Virus record (IMG/VR): IMGVR_UViG_3300017971_000274
Coordinates: 53,342 to 73,341 of that record
DNA: 20,000 nt
DNA from: an uncultured virus (IMG/VR IMGVR_UViG_3300017971_000274)
Lineage: Duplodnaviria; Heunggongvirae; Uroviricota; Caudoviricetes
Direction: 5' to 3' (one strand)
Under the pieces are notes generated by a model that worked only from the letters and a program-made list of their open reading frames with translations, was not told where the DNA came from and ran no database searches. Below are positions 1 through 8,077 of the stretch, one piece after another. The translations under genes and the position numbers were made by a program. Numbering within the stretch: position 1 is the first letter of the stretch; each line of letters starts with the position of its first letter.

Positions 1-2
1 CC

Positions 3-1682
3 ATGAATTTGGCGGCCCGAAACGCAGTAGCCAAAAGTATAGAGAAAGACGGAATCCCGCCTGACTTGGCCGAAGAGTTAGCTGGTTTCACTTTGTCGGG
101 GAAGGACGAGAACCCAAGTGCTCGATCCCAACGAGCCGCCAAAATGTCCGAAGTGTTGTTTTATAGCGGCTTGGAAAAGACCGATCACAAGCCCGTCGAA
201 CCGGAAGCCGTGAAGAAACTTTTGAAGAGGTTCGGGGCCGACCCGGCCGCTCAGAAGGTGGCCACGGGTTATCTACAGGCTATGGATTACCAGGACGCCC
301 GTAAGAGGTTCTTAGACCCGGACTCCAAAGAACATATATCTGAGTACCAAACCCCAAAGGAAATCGTTTCAAGACTGGGTAAGGCTATGCGTTTCCTCAG
401 GGAGCGAGAGGGAAATTACCCCAGCGTCGATAACGATATTCCTACACTTTTTAAACTAAGGATCACGCGGAACCTGGGTGCCCTGGTGCCCGACAAACAG
501 AGGGAAATTCAAGATTTATTAGACGAAGAAGACAATCGCCAATACGAAGCCGCCCTCAAAAAGTACCAAGAAGAGATGCGTGCGTATAAGAAACGATTGA
601 GTCGAGCGAAGAGCGCGTTCAAGAGAGCCATGGCCAGATATAGGGAAAGAAAAGCAGAGGGTAAGAAAGCCAGAGTGCCCCTGTCCACCGAAGATCGGTT
701 GGCGAAGCAGGGTGTTTCTGAGCCGCAAGAACCTAGAAAACCGCCTAGATATGACTTGTTTGGCAAGGAGCCGCAGGAGTTAGAAGCGACGGCCAAAGAG
801 TTTTGGGACTCTTTCAGGAGTCGGACTGCCAGTAGTTCGGCCAGGGTCAGGGTGGTGGTCCGGCATCTTCACGCCGCTGGAAAATTAAGGCCAGCCAATC
901 CTTTTTCTATTTATTTCAATACTTCTGCGATGGGTAAAAATCGTCAGGCTGTCTATTGGGGTGTTGAACCCAACGCGGTCGATCCTTATCGAGGGTGGTC
1001 ACAACCTAGGGATCAAGACCTAACTGATCGTGAGTATTCCAAGATTTTGGCGTCCGCTCAGAGATGGCTCCAGGCTCCGGTGTTGACAGTAAACATCGAG
1101 GGAGTGCCTCGTGACGCTCAGTATCGGGCGGCTCTAGATTTGGCGATTCGGACAGAGGGGTACGACCGTGTAATCCATCCGACCGCCTATAATAGTTTGT
1201 TAGCTCGTCTTGCAGGAGAACCACAACCTCAAGATGAGACGTTGTTAACAACCACAGAGAAACTAGCGAGGAGAAAGATGTCCAACAAAGTGGAGTTTGA
1301 CACAAGCGCTGCCGACCGCGTTCTGGCTCGTCTGGATCGTATTGCCAGCACAATCCAGGAGAATCACGAGAAGTGGGGCATGAAGTTCGAAGAAGCCAAG
1401 GAACTCGTGAACGAGATCGATCGGGTTGCTGACGATTTCGAGACCGCCGCCTACGGTGAGAAGTCTATGACCGTTCGGCAAGCTCAGATTCTGCAAGCCA
1501 GCGACAAGAAGGCGGAGGTCCTTCAGCGTGACGGCGATGAGCCGTACATGGACACCTTCCAGAATCCGTCGCAGCCGCATCAGACGGAAGCTGACGAGCC
1601 GTATATGCAAGCCTACGGGAACGATGATTCCTCTGGCGTGCATCACGGCAAGGCAGAGAACGGCCGCCCTCTCGCTCCATAA
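3..1682 (+). CDS. Hypothetical phage protein, probably 5'-truncated by the window edge; multi-module, with a likely separately initiated C-terminal product from 1278
   Basis: 559-aa ORF co-oriented with the head module. It has a K/E/R coiled-coil stretch and a duplicated DEPYM motif at the C-terminus. A strong internal SD (GAGGAG, 1268-1273) precedes the in-frame ATG at 1278. No family recognised. Confidence 0.75.
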   Translation: MNLAARNAVAKSIEKDGIPPDLAEELAGFTLSGKDENPSARSQRAAKMSEVLFYSGLEKTDHKPVEPEAVKKLLKRFGADPAAQKVATGYLQAMDYQDARKRFLDPDSKEHISEYQTPKEIVSRLGKAMRFLREREGNYPSVDNDIPTLFKLRITRNLGALVPDKQREIQDLLDEEDNRQYEAALKKYQEEMRAYKKRLSRAKSAFKRAMARYRERKAEGKKARVPLSTEDRLAKQGVSEPQEPRKPPRYDLFGKEPQELEATAKEFWDSFRSRTASSSARVRVVVRHLHAAGKLRPANPFSIYFNTSAMGKNRQAVYWGVEPNAVDPYRGWSQPRDQDLTDREYSKILASAQRWLQAPVLTVNIEGVPRDAQYRAALDLAIRTEGYDRVIHPTAYNSLLARLAGEPQPQDETLLTTTEKLARRKMSNKVEFDTSAADRVLARLDRIASTIQENHEKWGMKFEEAKELVNEIDRVADDFETAAYGEKSMTVRQAQILQASDKKAEVLQRDGDEPYMDTFQNPSQPHQTEADEPYMQAYGNDDSSGVHHGKAENGRPLAP

Positions 1683-1699
1683 CGTAAGCGGGATTCAAA

Positions 1700-2422
1700 T
1701 TGATCGACTTCTGGAAACTCGTTAAGGATTACAGCATCGGGGATGTCGTTGAACGATTCGCCCCGGCGTCTGGATCTACGCTTTCTCCGTTCGTGGGCCG
1801 CGTAACAGCGGTCCACCGTGGGTTGGGGCAAGTTGACGTTCAGTGGCCTTATGGCAACGAACGGATGTCGCCGGACGAAATCATCCGGGTGGACCCCAAA
1901 CTCACATGTTACATGCCTCCGGAGTTCGATCAATCTTACATGAGCTACGACATTGCCGAAGCTCGAAAACGTTGGGCATCCTCTTCCCCGTGGAGAGGGT
2001 CTGAATTACCCGCTGGTTTTTATCATGAGTTGGCGAAACTCTGGAAGGATGGCGCGAATGAGGTGGGAGCCTACGATGCGCTGTGGCATCGTTACGCCGC
2101 CTCCGGAGTTTCGGACGATAGCTTACGCGATGAAGTCGAGAAGTTTTATCGCGTCTCAGAGCGGCTGAGAGACCTTAGGATTCAGCAACACGTAGAGAAA
2201 ACCGCCGCCTACTGGGTTGCCCTGAACCGCACATACCGGGCGACCCAGAGGGAAATCGATGCTGGGAAGCCCTCTTGCCCCAAGTGTGGAACCCAGATGC
2301 GTCGCACCACTTACAAGATGAAGGATGGCGCATGTGTGCGGCTTTTTGCGTGCCCGCAGGATTTGTTCCTCATCAAATCTGACTCCATTCTGAATCCTGA
2401 GGGGGAGTCGTTAGGGTGGTGA
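1700..2422 (+). CDS. Hypothetical phage protein with C-terminal Zn-ribbon-like motif
   Basis: 240-aa ORF with a TTG start 17 nt after the upstream stop. N-terminal SH3-like beta segment (IGDVV...GRVTAVHRGLGQVDVQWP); C-terminal CPKC...CPQD. Confidence 0.8.
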   Translation: MIDFWKLVKDYSIGDVVERFAPASGSTLSPFVGRVTAVHRGLGQVDVQWPYGNERMSPDEIIRVDPKLTCYMPPEFDQSYMSYDIAEARKRWASSSPWRGSELPAGFYHELAKLWKDGANEVGAYDALWHRYAASGVSDDSLRDEVEKFYRVSERLRDLRIQQHVEKTAAYWVALNRTYRATQREIDAGKPSCPKCGTQMRRTTYKMKDGACVRLFACPQDLFLIKSDSILNPEGESLGW

Positions 2423-2703
2423 GCAGAGGCGGAAATACGACTTACGACCGTCGGGGTCTTTCAAGAAGCGCTGGAAAGAGCTTACACGAGTTGGTCCGTG
2501 ATATCGACAAAGCTATGACGGACTTAGCGCGTTCTGTAGGTAAGACTGAGGGGTCCCTCAAAGATTTGGGTAAGGATCTGAAAGGTGTGAACCCTCTATT
2601 GGACGAAGGGTGGTCAGAGTCCTACGAGAGCAGCAAAGAGGCTAGACAGTCGTTCGAAAAGCTGTCTCAGCTAGTGTTAGAACTGAAGCGTAGGGTTGGC
2701 TAA
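2416..2703 (+). CDS. Small coiled-coil hypothetical protein
   Basis: 95-aa helical/heptad-like ORF that fills the gap between its neighbours and overlaps the upstream TGA. The start could be GTG 2416 or 2419. Confidence 0.65.
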   Translation: MVSRGGNTTYDRRGLSRSAGKSLHELVRDIDKAMTDLARSVGKTEGSLKDLGKDLKGVNPLLDEGWSESYESSKEARQSFEKLSQLVLELKRRVG

Positions 2704-2710
2704 AGGTCAG

Positions 2711-4171
2711 ATGGCTTTTCTCAAGTACGCAAAAGCAACTGTTCAAAAGCCGGACGTAAGTTTTTCGGAGTGGGATGCTCTGCGCAGCAACGCCGTAATT
2801 CCTTCGCCAGACTTTCAGAAGCGTACAGCCAAGGTCATCCTACAGGAGTATGATCCGGCCAAGTACATGCTGAGCCACGCGACCATCGTGGCGTCAGTGG
2901 ATGTTGATGAGGCAACGGCTCCTCTCGGCCGCCACTTTGTGGACGGCTTTGAGGTGGATCGTAAGTATACCGATTATTACATTACCCCGAAGACGGCCCC
3001 GTTTGTTAACAACAATAACGACGCTTTCGAGCGCAAGCTCTTACTGGCCAGCTTCAAGACGTTTGTAGGCGCTCAGTCCTATGTTGAGCACGTCCAGATC
3101 CCGGAGCTATCCAAAGGTCGAATCATAGATGCTGCGGCCAGGGATGTTGGAGACTCTGTATACATCGACATCCTGATTGCTAACGATCTTAGACACGCTC
3201 CTCTGATCCGGGCCATCAAGAGCGGTCAGTTGGGCACCCTGTCCATGGGATGCTCCACTTCGTCCACCACATGCACGAAGTGTGGAAACGTGGCGCTGGA
3301 CGAAGCCCAGCTATGTTCCTGTGTACGATACTTCAAGGGTAATAAGTTCAGGGACGAACAGGGCATCGAACGTATAATCGCTGAGCTATGTGGTCATTTT
3401 TCGGACCCTGATTCTGTTAAGTTCATCGAAGCCTCGTGGGTTGCCAACCCGGCGTTCAAGGGCGCTGTCCTCAGGAACATTCTCTCGGCCGACGGGTTTG
3501 AGGGCCTTGAAACACGAATGAACATAGCTTTCTCGCGTCCGTCTCCGGTGGCTGATCCTAACCATATGCCCAAGGCCGCCCGGCTGGGTCAGCAACAACA
3601 GTTCGTGCCTGACGACGATGTCGCCCCGAAAGAGGAGCCTAAACAGGAGGCCCCTCTTCAAAAAGCTATTACCGACTTAACGGACGCGGTCCGCGACCAA
3701 GTCGTTGAAAACATTAGAGAAGAACTTAACAAGCAAGAAGTGGATAAGGTCCGGGCTATCGATCCTAACCAACAAAATGAGACGTTGATCCGGTCAGCCT
3801 TGAAGAACCCCGGATGGCGTAAGGTCGCCAAAATGGTGATTTCTTTTGTTGGAAAGACAGAGGCTAGAAAGGTTCTTCACGGAGTAATTCTACATAGGTA
3901 CGGAGGTTGGTCCTTAGTTAGGAAAGCTGGGTTTACGGGTAGAGAGGTGTTAGCTGTATCCAGAGTTCTTGACTTGCTGACTAAGAAATCCTCAATGGCT
4001 GGCGAAAATAGAGTTTATAGGGCCGTTCTTAATGTAGGTGGGACAGGCCCATATGAAGATGTAGAGACCTACCTGACGGCTTGTCGTCAGGTGCTCGGCC
4101 GGGCAGTGACAGGCAGCGAAGCTGCCCAATTGCTGGAAAAAGGTCGGCTGTACGCCTTAGGACGGTCGTAA
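2711..4171 (+). CDS. Prohead (capsid maturation) protease, HK97 gp4/assemblin-like fold, with Zn-finger insertion and C-terminal extension
   Basis: Motifs NNNNDAF...KTFVG...VEH...KGRIIDA, LSMGC (candidate catalytic Ser), CTKCGN...CSC insertion and FIEASWVANPAFKGA (E-x-S-x-V-x-x-P-A). It lies upstream of the scaffold and MCP. Start moved from TTG 2696 to ATG 2711 (AAAGG SD, just after the upstream stop at 2703). Confidence 0.8.
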   Translation: MAFLKYAKATVQKPDVSFSEWDALRSNAVIPSPDFQKRTAKVILQEYDPAKYMLSHATIVASVDVDEATAPLGRHFVDGFEVDRKYTDYYITPKTAPFVNNNNDAFERKLLLASFKTFVGAQSYVEHVQIPELSKGRIIDAAARDVGDSVYIDILIANDLRHAPLIRAIKSGQLGTLSMGCSTSSTTCTKCGNVALDEAQLCSCVRYFKGNKFRDEQGIERIIAELCGHFSDPDSVKFIEASWVANPAFKGAVLRNILSADGFEGLETRMNIAFSRPSPVADPNHMPKAARLGQQQQFVPDDDVAPKEEPKQEAPLQKAITDLTDAVRDQVVENIREELNKQEVDKVRAIDPNQQNETLIRSALKNPGWRKVAKMVISFVGKTEARKVLHGVILHRYGGWSLVRKAGFTGREVLAVSRVLDLLTKKSSMAGENRVYRAVLNVGGTGPYEDVETYLTACRQVLGRAVTGSEAAQLLEKGRLYALGRS

Positions 4172-4216
4172 ATCTTTTATACAAACACACAGACATAACA
4201 ACAAAGGAACTCTGCC

Positions 4217-5422
4217 ATGCGTGAGCGTTCTACCTGGAATCGAGAAGAAGTAATGAAGAAGGCTGCTGCTCTAAACAAAGTGGCAGATCCTTACACCATG
4301 AACCAGACCCGTACCCAGCCCCCTGCGGATGAGTATGTCACAGGCGATCCGTCAACGTTCGCTGAAGACGTACACACTCCTAACACCTGGGAGTCCGAGT
4401 ACGCTGGTGACGACGTTCGTCGGAATGAGATTGGTATGCCTGAGATGAGGGGCGATACCTTCAATCATCCGGAGAAGACGGCGTCGAAAGAGGTCTTACT
4501 CAAGAAGGCGGATCTGTGCATCGCTGTTGCGAAGCTCATGATGAAGGACGCCTCTGAGGAAGCCATCGAAGATCAGTCCGTGTCTCTCATGCACCTGCCC
4601 GATCAAGAGTTGATCGATACCCACAAGCGGTTGGCGGGCGACGATGAAGACGATGACGATGACGATGATCAGGGTGGCGATCAGGACCAAGATCAACAGT
4701 CGTCCAAGAAGGCCGATGACGAGGGCGAGGGTGACAAAGCCGCCGCCGAAGAGGGTGACAAAGCCGCCGCCGAAGACGAAGGCGAGAAGAAGGACGACGA
4801 CGAGGAGGGCCAGGAGAAGAAAGCCAAGGATGTGACAGCCGAAGAGGTGGTCAAGAACATCCAGGCCGGGAATCTCACAGAGGCCCAGGAGCAGATTCAG
4901 CAACTGGTCCAGGCCCAGCAAGCTCAGGCCCAGCAAGCCCAGGACCAACAGGTCCAGGTCCAGGACGTTCAACAAGTCAGCCAACAGGTCCAGGACATGA
5001 TCCAGGAGGCTTTGCAGCAACAGACACAGACTGCTCAGCCCCAGGAGCAAGTGATCCAGACCGACGAGCAGGTTTTGGACGACATGCTGGCCGGTGCTGG
5101 TTGCCAGACGGCTGAGACGGATATCCAAATGGAGCCAGCCCAGATGGATGTGACCGTCGAAGACCTGGGTCCAGAAGACGAGGTCCTTCAACAGCTTTTC
5201 GCCGCTGAACAGGGCGAGGACGAGAAGAAGGACGAGGACGAGGGCGAGAAGAAGGAGGCGGCCGTTCGTACCGCTTCCACCCGGACAGTTGGTACCAAGC
5301 CTACCGAGGGTGTCTCTAAGCTGGGCGGCGCTTCGTCCGCTGGTGGAGACGAAGGTATCGACAAGCTGTCCAAGCTCTGGAAGTCGGCCCCTGACGTTCG
5401 GGACGTTTTCGGAACTCGCTAA
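4217..5422 (+). CDS. Acidic, low-complexity capsid scaffold-like protein
   Basis: 401 aa, very D/E/Q-rich with a coiled-coil Q tract. It sits between the protease and the decoration/MCP genes and has an AAAGGA SD. Function inferred from synteny and composition. Confidence 0.7.
   Translation: MRERSTWNREEVMKKAAALNKVADPYTMNQTRTQPPADEYVTGDPSTFAEDVHTPNTWESEYAGDDVRRNEIGMPEMRGDTFNHPEKTASKEVLLKKADLCIAVAKLMMKDASEEAIEDQSVSLMHLPDQELIDTHKRLAGDDEDDDDDDDQGGDQDQDQQSSKKADDEGEGDKAAAEEGDKAAAEDEGEKKDDDEEGQEKKAKDVTAEEVVKNIQAGNLTEAQEQIQQLVQAQQAQAQQAQDQQVQVQDVQQVSQQVQDMIQEALQQQTQTAQPQEQVIQTDEQVLDDMLAGAGCQTAETDIQMEPAQMDVTVEDLGPEDEVLQQLFAAEQGEDEKKDEDEGEKKEAAVRTASTRTVGTKPTEGVSKLGGASSAGGDEGIDKLSKLWKSAPDVRDVFGTR
4727..4774 (+). 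repeat. Perfect 24-bp tandem duplication (EGDKAAAE x2) within the scaffold-like gene
   Basis: GAGGGTGACAAAGCCGCCGCCGAA at 4727-4750 and 4751-4774. Confidence 0.9.
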
Positions 5423-5527
5423 TCAACGCTTTCCCACCTTGACCTCTGTGTGGGTCTAAGGTGCTTAGATCAGATCGAATGTAAAGCACCCTAGTGAAAC
5501 GCCTGTGAAAAAGGAGAGAGGTCAAAT
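5423..5527 (+). promoter_or_regulatory. Structured leader upstream of the decoration-MCP genes, able to occlude the ribosome-binding region
   Basis: TTGACCTCT (5439-5447) is the exact reverse complement of AGAGGTCAA (5517-5525), which lies next to the SD and ATG. GGTGCTT (5460-5466) pairs with AAGCACC (5484-5490). A competing hairpin forms at 5435-5463. Confidence 0.45.
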
Positions 5528-6166
5528 ATGACATCTTTTGCCATCGGCGGTCAAAGCTCGGGTGATTTCCGGGAGACTTCCGGTCGCGTGCAACTCCTCC
5601 ACGTCATGACCCGCAATTCAGTGGGTATGTTGACGCCGGATGCGTTCACGCAAGCGAATCCTCCTGTCGTCACCGCAGCCAACACCGTCTCCACGACGCT
5701 TTCGGGGATTTCCAAGGTAGGTATCCTTGGTGCCTCGATTGCCTTTACGCGCCCTGATATTGGCAACAACTATCATGGCGGACCGGTCAAGATCGGCGGC
5801 GATTACAGCGCCACGCTCTTGCCCCTTGGAGTCTATCTCAACGATTCCTTGGGAAACCCCTTCGAGAACACCCCTGGTGTGGCTTCGGGACGAGGGCCGT
5901 ATGTGTGCGGTAGCGGCTCCTGTGTTGCGGTCTCGATTTACGAGACGCAGGTCCTACTTGGCGGTGGTGCTGGAAACCCGATCACGTACGCTCCGGGCCA
6001 AAAGCTCTGGGCCAGCGCGAACGGATACCTCACTAACCAACTCGCGGACGCCTATGAGTACAACGTCGCAGGTCAGAACGCCATCGAGTTCTGCACCCTG
6101 ATGGGCGTTGTCAAGGTCGCTCCAGACGCCAACAGTTCGCTACTCGTGCTTGACATGAGGGCCTAG
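5528..6166 (+). CDS. Putative head decoration / capsid cement protein
   Basis: 212 aa, Gly/beta-rich (GRGPYV.G.G, YETQ, YAPGQKLWASANGYLTN, MGVVKVAP), with a strong AAGGAG SD. It lies immediately upstream of the MCP, the usual position for decoration proteins. Confidence 0.65.
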   Translation: MTSFAIGGQSSGDFRETSGRVQLLHVMTRNSVGMLTPDAFTQANPPVVTAANTVSTTLSGISKVGILGASIAFTRPDIGNNYHGGPVKIGGDYSATLLPLGVYLNDSLGNPFENTPGVASGRGPYVCGSGSCVAVSIYETQVLLGGGAGNPITYAPGQKLWASANGYLTNQLADAYEYNVAGQNAIEFCTLMGVVKVAPDANSSLLVLDMRA

Positions 6167-6176
6167 GAGGATAGCC

Positions 6177-7055
6177 ATGGGTCAAGTTTCTAACCAAGTC
6201 AAGCAACAAGTCATCAGCGAGTACATCAAGACGGCCGCTGGACGTGCGAAGCTCGCCGCTTCCATGATTCAACCGCTCCGTCTTCGTCGGGACTACTCGG
6301 CCGTTGGTCGCAAGACCTTCCTCGTCGAGCAACTGCCCGACGGTGCGTTGCCGATCTATGACAAGGACCCGGATGTCACGGCGTTCGTCGTGGGTGAAGA
6401 GGGTGAGAACATTCTCGCCATTCAGAAGCCGCGTCGCGTGATCTTCCCCTTGTTTGAGATTGCCTCGAACCCTGAAATCCCCCTGACCCAGATCAAGGAG
6501 CGTCGTTTCGATCTCATCGAGCGTGCTCAGGATCTGGCCAAGGCTCAGATTCAGGCGGCAGAGGACGAGCGTGTGTTTGCAATCCTTGACAGCATCGCTG
6601 TCTCGGGCTTCGACACACTTCCGGGCCAGACCAACCCAGACGTACCGGTGGTTGCGCCCATTTCGCCCGCAGTGCTCGCTGATGCGTTCGCAGAGGTTGA
6701 GAGGCACGATCTCCGTGTCGCTCGCATCTACATGAACGCCGTCGATTACGCGGACATCCGTAAGTTCGGTCGTGACATTCTGGATATCGAGAGTCAGGCC
6801 ACCTTGCTCAAGACCGGTCTCCAGGCCGTTCTGTGGGGTGCTCAGATCATCACATCCAGGCTGGTACCGTCCGGCTTCGCGTATGTTTGCTGCGAGCCTG
6901 AGCAGTTCGGCCGTATCCCGGTTCGCACCGAGATCACCGTTCTGTCGGCGGACGATCCGAAGGCCCGTACCATCGGCTTCTCGTGCTTCGAGAATCTGGG
7001 CATCGGTGCTTTCAACCCGCGTGGCCTCACCAGGATCGTGGTCACTCGCGTCTAG
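6177..7055 (+). CDS. Major capsid protein, HK97 fold (compact, encapsulin-sized)
   Basis: 292 aa with AGGAGG SD and strongly biased codons. HK97-like layout: E-loop region (LPDGALPIYDKD...VVGEEG), spine helix (DLIERAQDLAKAQIQAAEDERVFAIL), A-domain (RIYMNAVDYADIRK), and C-terminal IGFSCFENLGIGAFNPRG. A terminator follows. Confidence 0.88.
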   Translation: MGQVSNQVKQQVISEYIKTAAGRAKLAASMIQPLRLRRDYSAVGRKTFLVEQLPDGALPIYDKDPDVTAFVVGEEGENILAIQKPRRVIFPLFEIASNPEIPLTQIKERRFDLIERAQDLAKAQIQAAEDERVFAILDSIAVSGFDTLPGQTNPDVPVVAPISPAVLADAFAEVERHDLRVARIYMNAVDYADIRKFGRDILDIESQATLLKTGLQAVLWGAQIITSRLVPSGFAYVCCEPEQFGRIPVRTEITVLSADDPKARTIGFSCFENLGIGAFNPRGLTRIVVTRV

Positions 7056-7077
7056 TCGTAAGGCTGGAACATTCCCT

Positions 7078-7112
7078 CAAAGGCCGATCCTCCGGGGTCG
7101 GCCTTTGTATTT
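7078..7112 (+). terminator. Rho-independent terminator after the MCP gene
   Basis: CAAAGGCCGATCC-TCCG-GGGTCGGCCTTTG forms a 13-bp stem (one G-U pair) followed by TATTT. Confidence 0.8.
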
Positions 7113-7140
7113 AACCCTTTCATCTCTCGACTAAGACAAG

Positions 7141-7431
7141 ATGCGCCAGCGAGTCCTAAACAGGTTCTTGACTGCTCAACAATCCAAGGAAACCAGGACC
7201 TATACCGTCACTAGCGCTCCGGATATGCTCGACCGACTTGAGAAGGTCATGGTCACGATGAGTATGCTTGGCGGCTGGGGCGCAAGCCGTGAAGTCCGGT
7301 TCGGTTGGGATGGAGACGGGGCTGATTATTTGGATGTGAAAGAGCTTAAGAAAAAGAGCGTCGAGGACCTGAATAAAGAGACCGAGAGCGACACGGTGAA
7401 CGTGGACGCCCTCAAGCTAGTCGAGAAATAA
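7141..7431 (+). CDS. Small hypothetical protein with shared N-terminal leader (RQRVLNRFLTA)
   Basis: 96-aa ORF, first of a tightly packed cluster. The body contains a GGWGASR...WDGDGAD motif. Confidence 0.75.
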   Translation: MRQRVLNRFLTAQQSKETRTYTVTSAPDMLDRLEKVMVTMSMLGGWGASREVRFGWDGDGADYLDVKELKKKSVEDLNKETESDTVNVDALKLVEK

Positions 7432-7432
7432 T

Positions 7433-8077
7433 ATGCCTACAGCCAGTCGAGTTGCCGAACGGTATGTCGCCGCCTACAGAGGGCGGATCACATTACCTCG
7501 TTCCTCTTATCTACCCCCGGAGGTTCGGGGCACCGACCCCTACATCCCCAAGGGGACAGACATGGCTGTTTGGACCTATGAAGTTCCGAGGGGCAGCAAG
7601 ATCAAGTACTTCGCCATAGGTTTCGTGGGCAAGCAGAACAAGCCTCTTTTCCATTACAGCTACCGGGACGAGAGGCATCGGGAGCGAGAGATAGAAGAGA
7701 GAGCCAAGGATCGTAGAGAGCAGTTGGAAGCCAAGGAGAAGAGGCGGCAGGAGAGGCTTAAGTTTCAACACAGCCTTAACGTCGGGGATATTCTTTACTC
7801 GTCGTGGGGGTACGACCAGACCAATATCGACTTCTATGAAGTCACGAAGGTCATTGGCCCCAAGTTCGTAGAAATCCGTGGGCTTGCCCAAAAGACAGTC
7901 CGGCAGGACCAGACGGCTGATTATGTAGTACCTATCCCAGGTCGGTACGCCAGAAACTCCAAGCCCATGAAGAAGCGTGTAAAGCCGGGCGACTCTGTTA
8001 AGATCACCAGCTACGCCAGCGCCCATAAGTGGGGCGGCAAACCCTTGTACCAAACAAGCCCGTTGTACGGTCACTAA
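7433..8077 (+). CDS. Hypothetical protein with shared leader (ASRVAERYVAA) and GDILYSSWGYDQTNIDFYEV domain
   Basis: 214 aa, starting 1 nt after the upstream stop. The WGYDQTN motif is one I recall from uncharacterised phage/plasmid proteins; function unknown. Confidence 0.8.
   Translation: MPTASRVAERYVAAYRGRITLPRSSYLPPEVRGTDPYIPKGTDMAVWTYEVPRGSKIKYFAIGFVGKQNKPLFHYSYRDERHREREIEERAKDRREQLEAKEKRRQERLKFQHSLNVGDILYSSWGYDQTNIDFYEVTKVIGPKFVEIRGLAQKTVRQDQTADYVVPIPGRYARNSKPMKKRVKPGDSVKITSYASAHKWGGKPLYQTSPLYGH

Noticed and set aside
4496..5191. 231-aa hydrophobic minus-strand ORF (also 12541-13188, 7511-8074, 6111-6707)
   Set aside because: These are antisense shadows of well-supported + strand genes; their composition mirrors the D/E/Q/K codons on the coding strand.
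5460..5510. Hammerhead ribozyme (GAAAC at 5496-5500)
   Set aside because: No CUGANGA core in a compatible position; retained only as a generic structured leader.
6177..7055. Cellular encapsulin operon rather than phage
   Set aside because: The flanking protease, scaffold, decoration-like and fibre genes and the absence of housekeeping or typical encapsulin cargo genes (DyP, ferritin-like) favour a viral head module.
8029..8076. Track start for the HD-like ORF at 8029
   Set aside because: It would overlap the upstream gene by 49 nt. ATG 8077 gives TAATG coupling and places the shared leader at the N-terminus.
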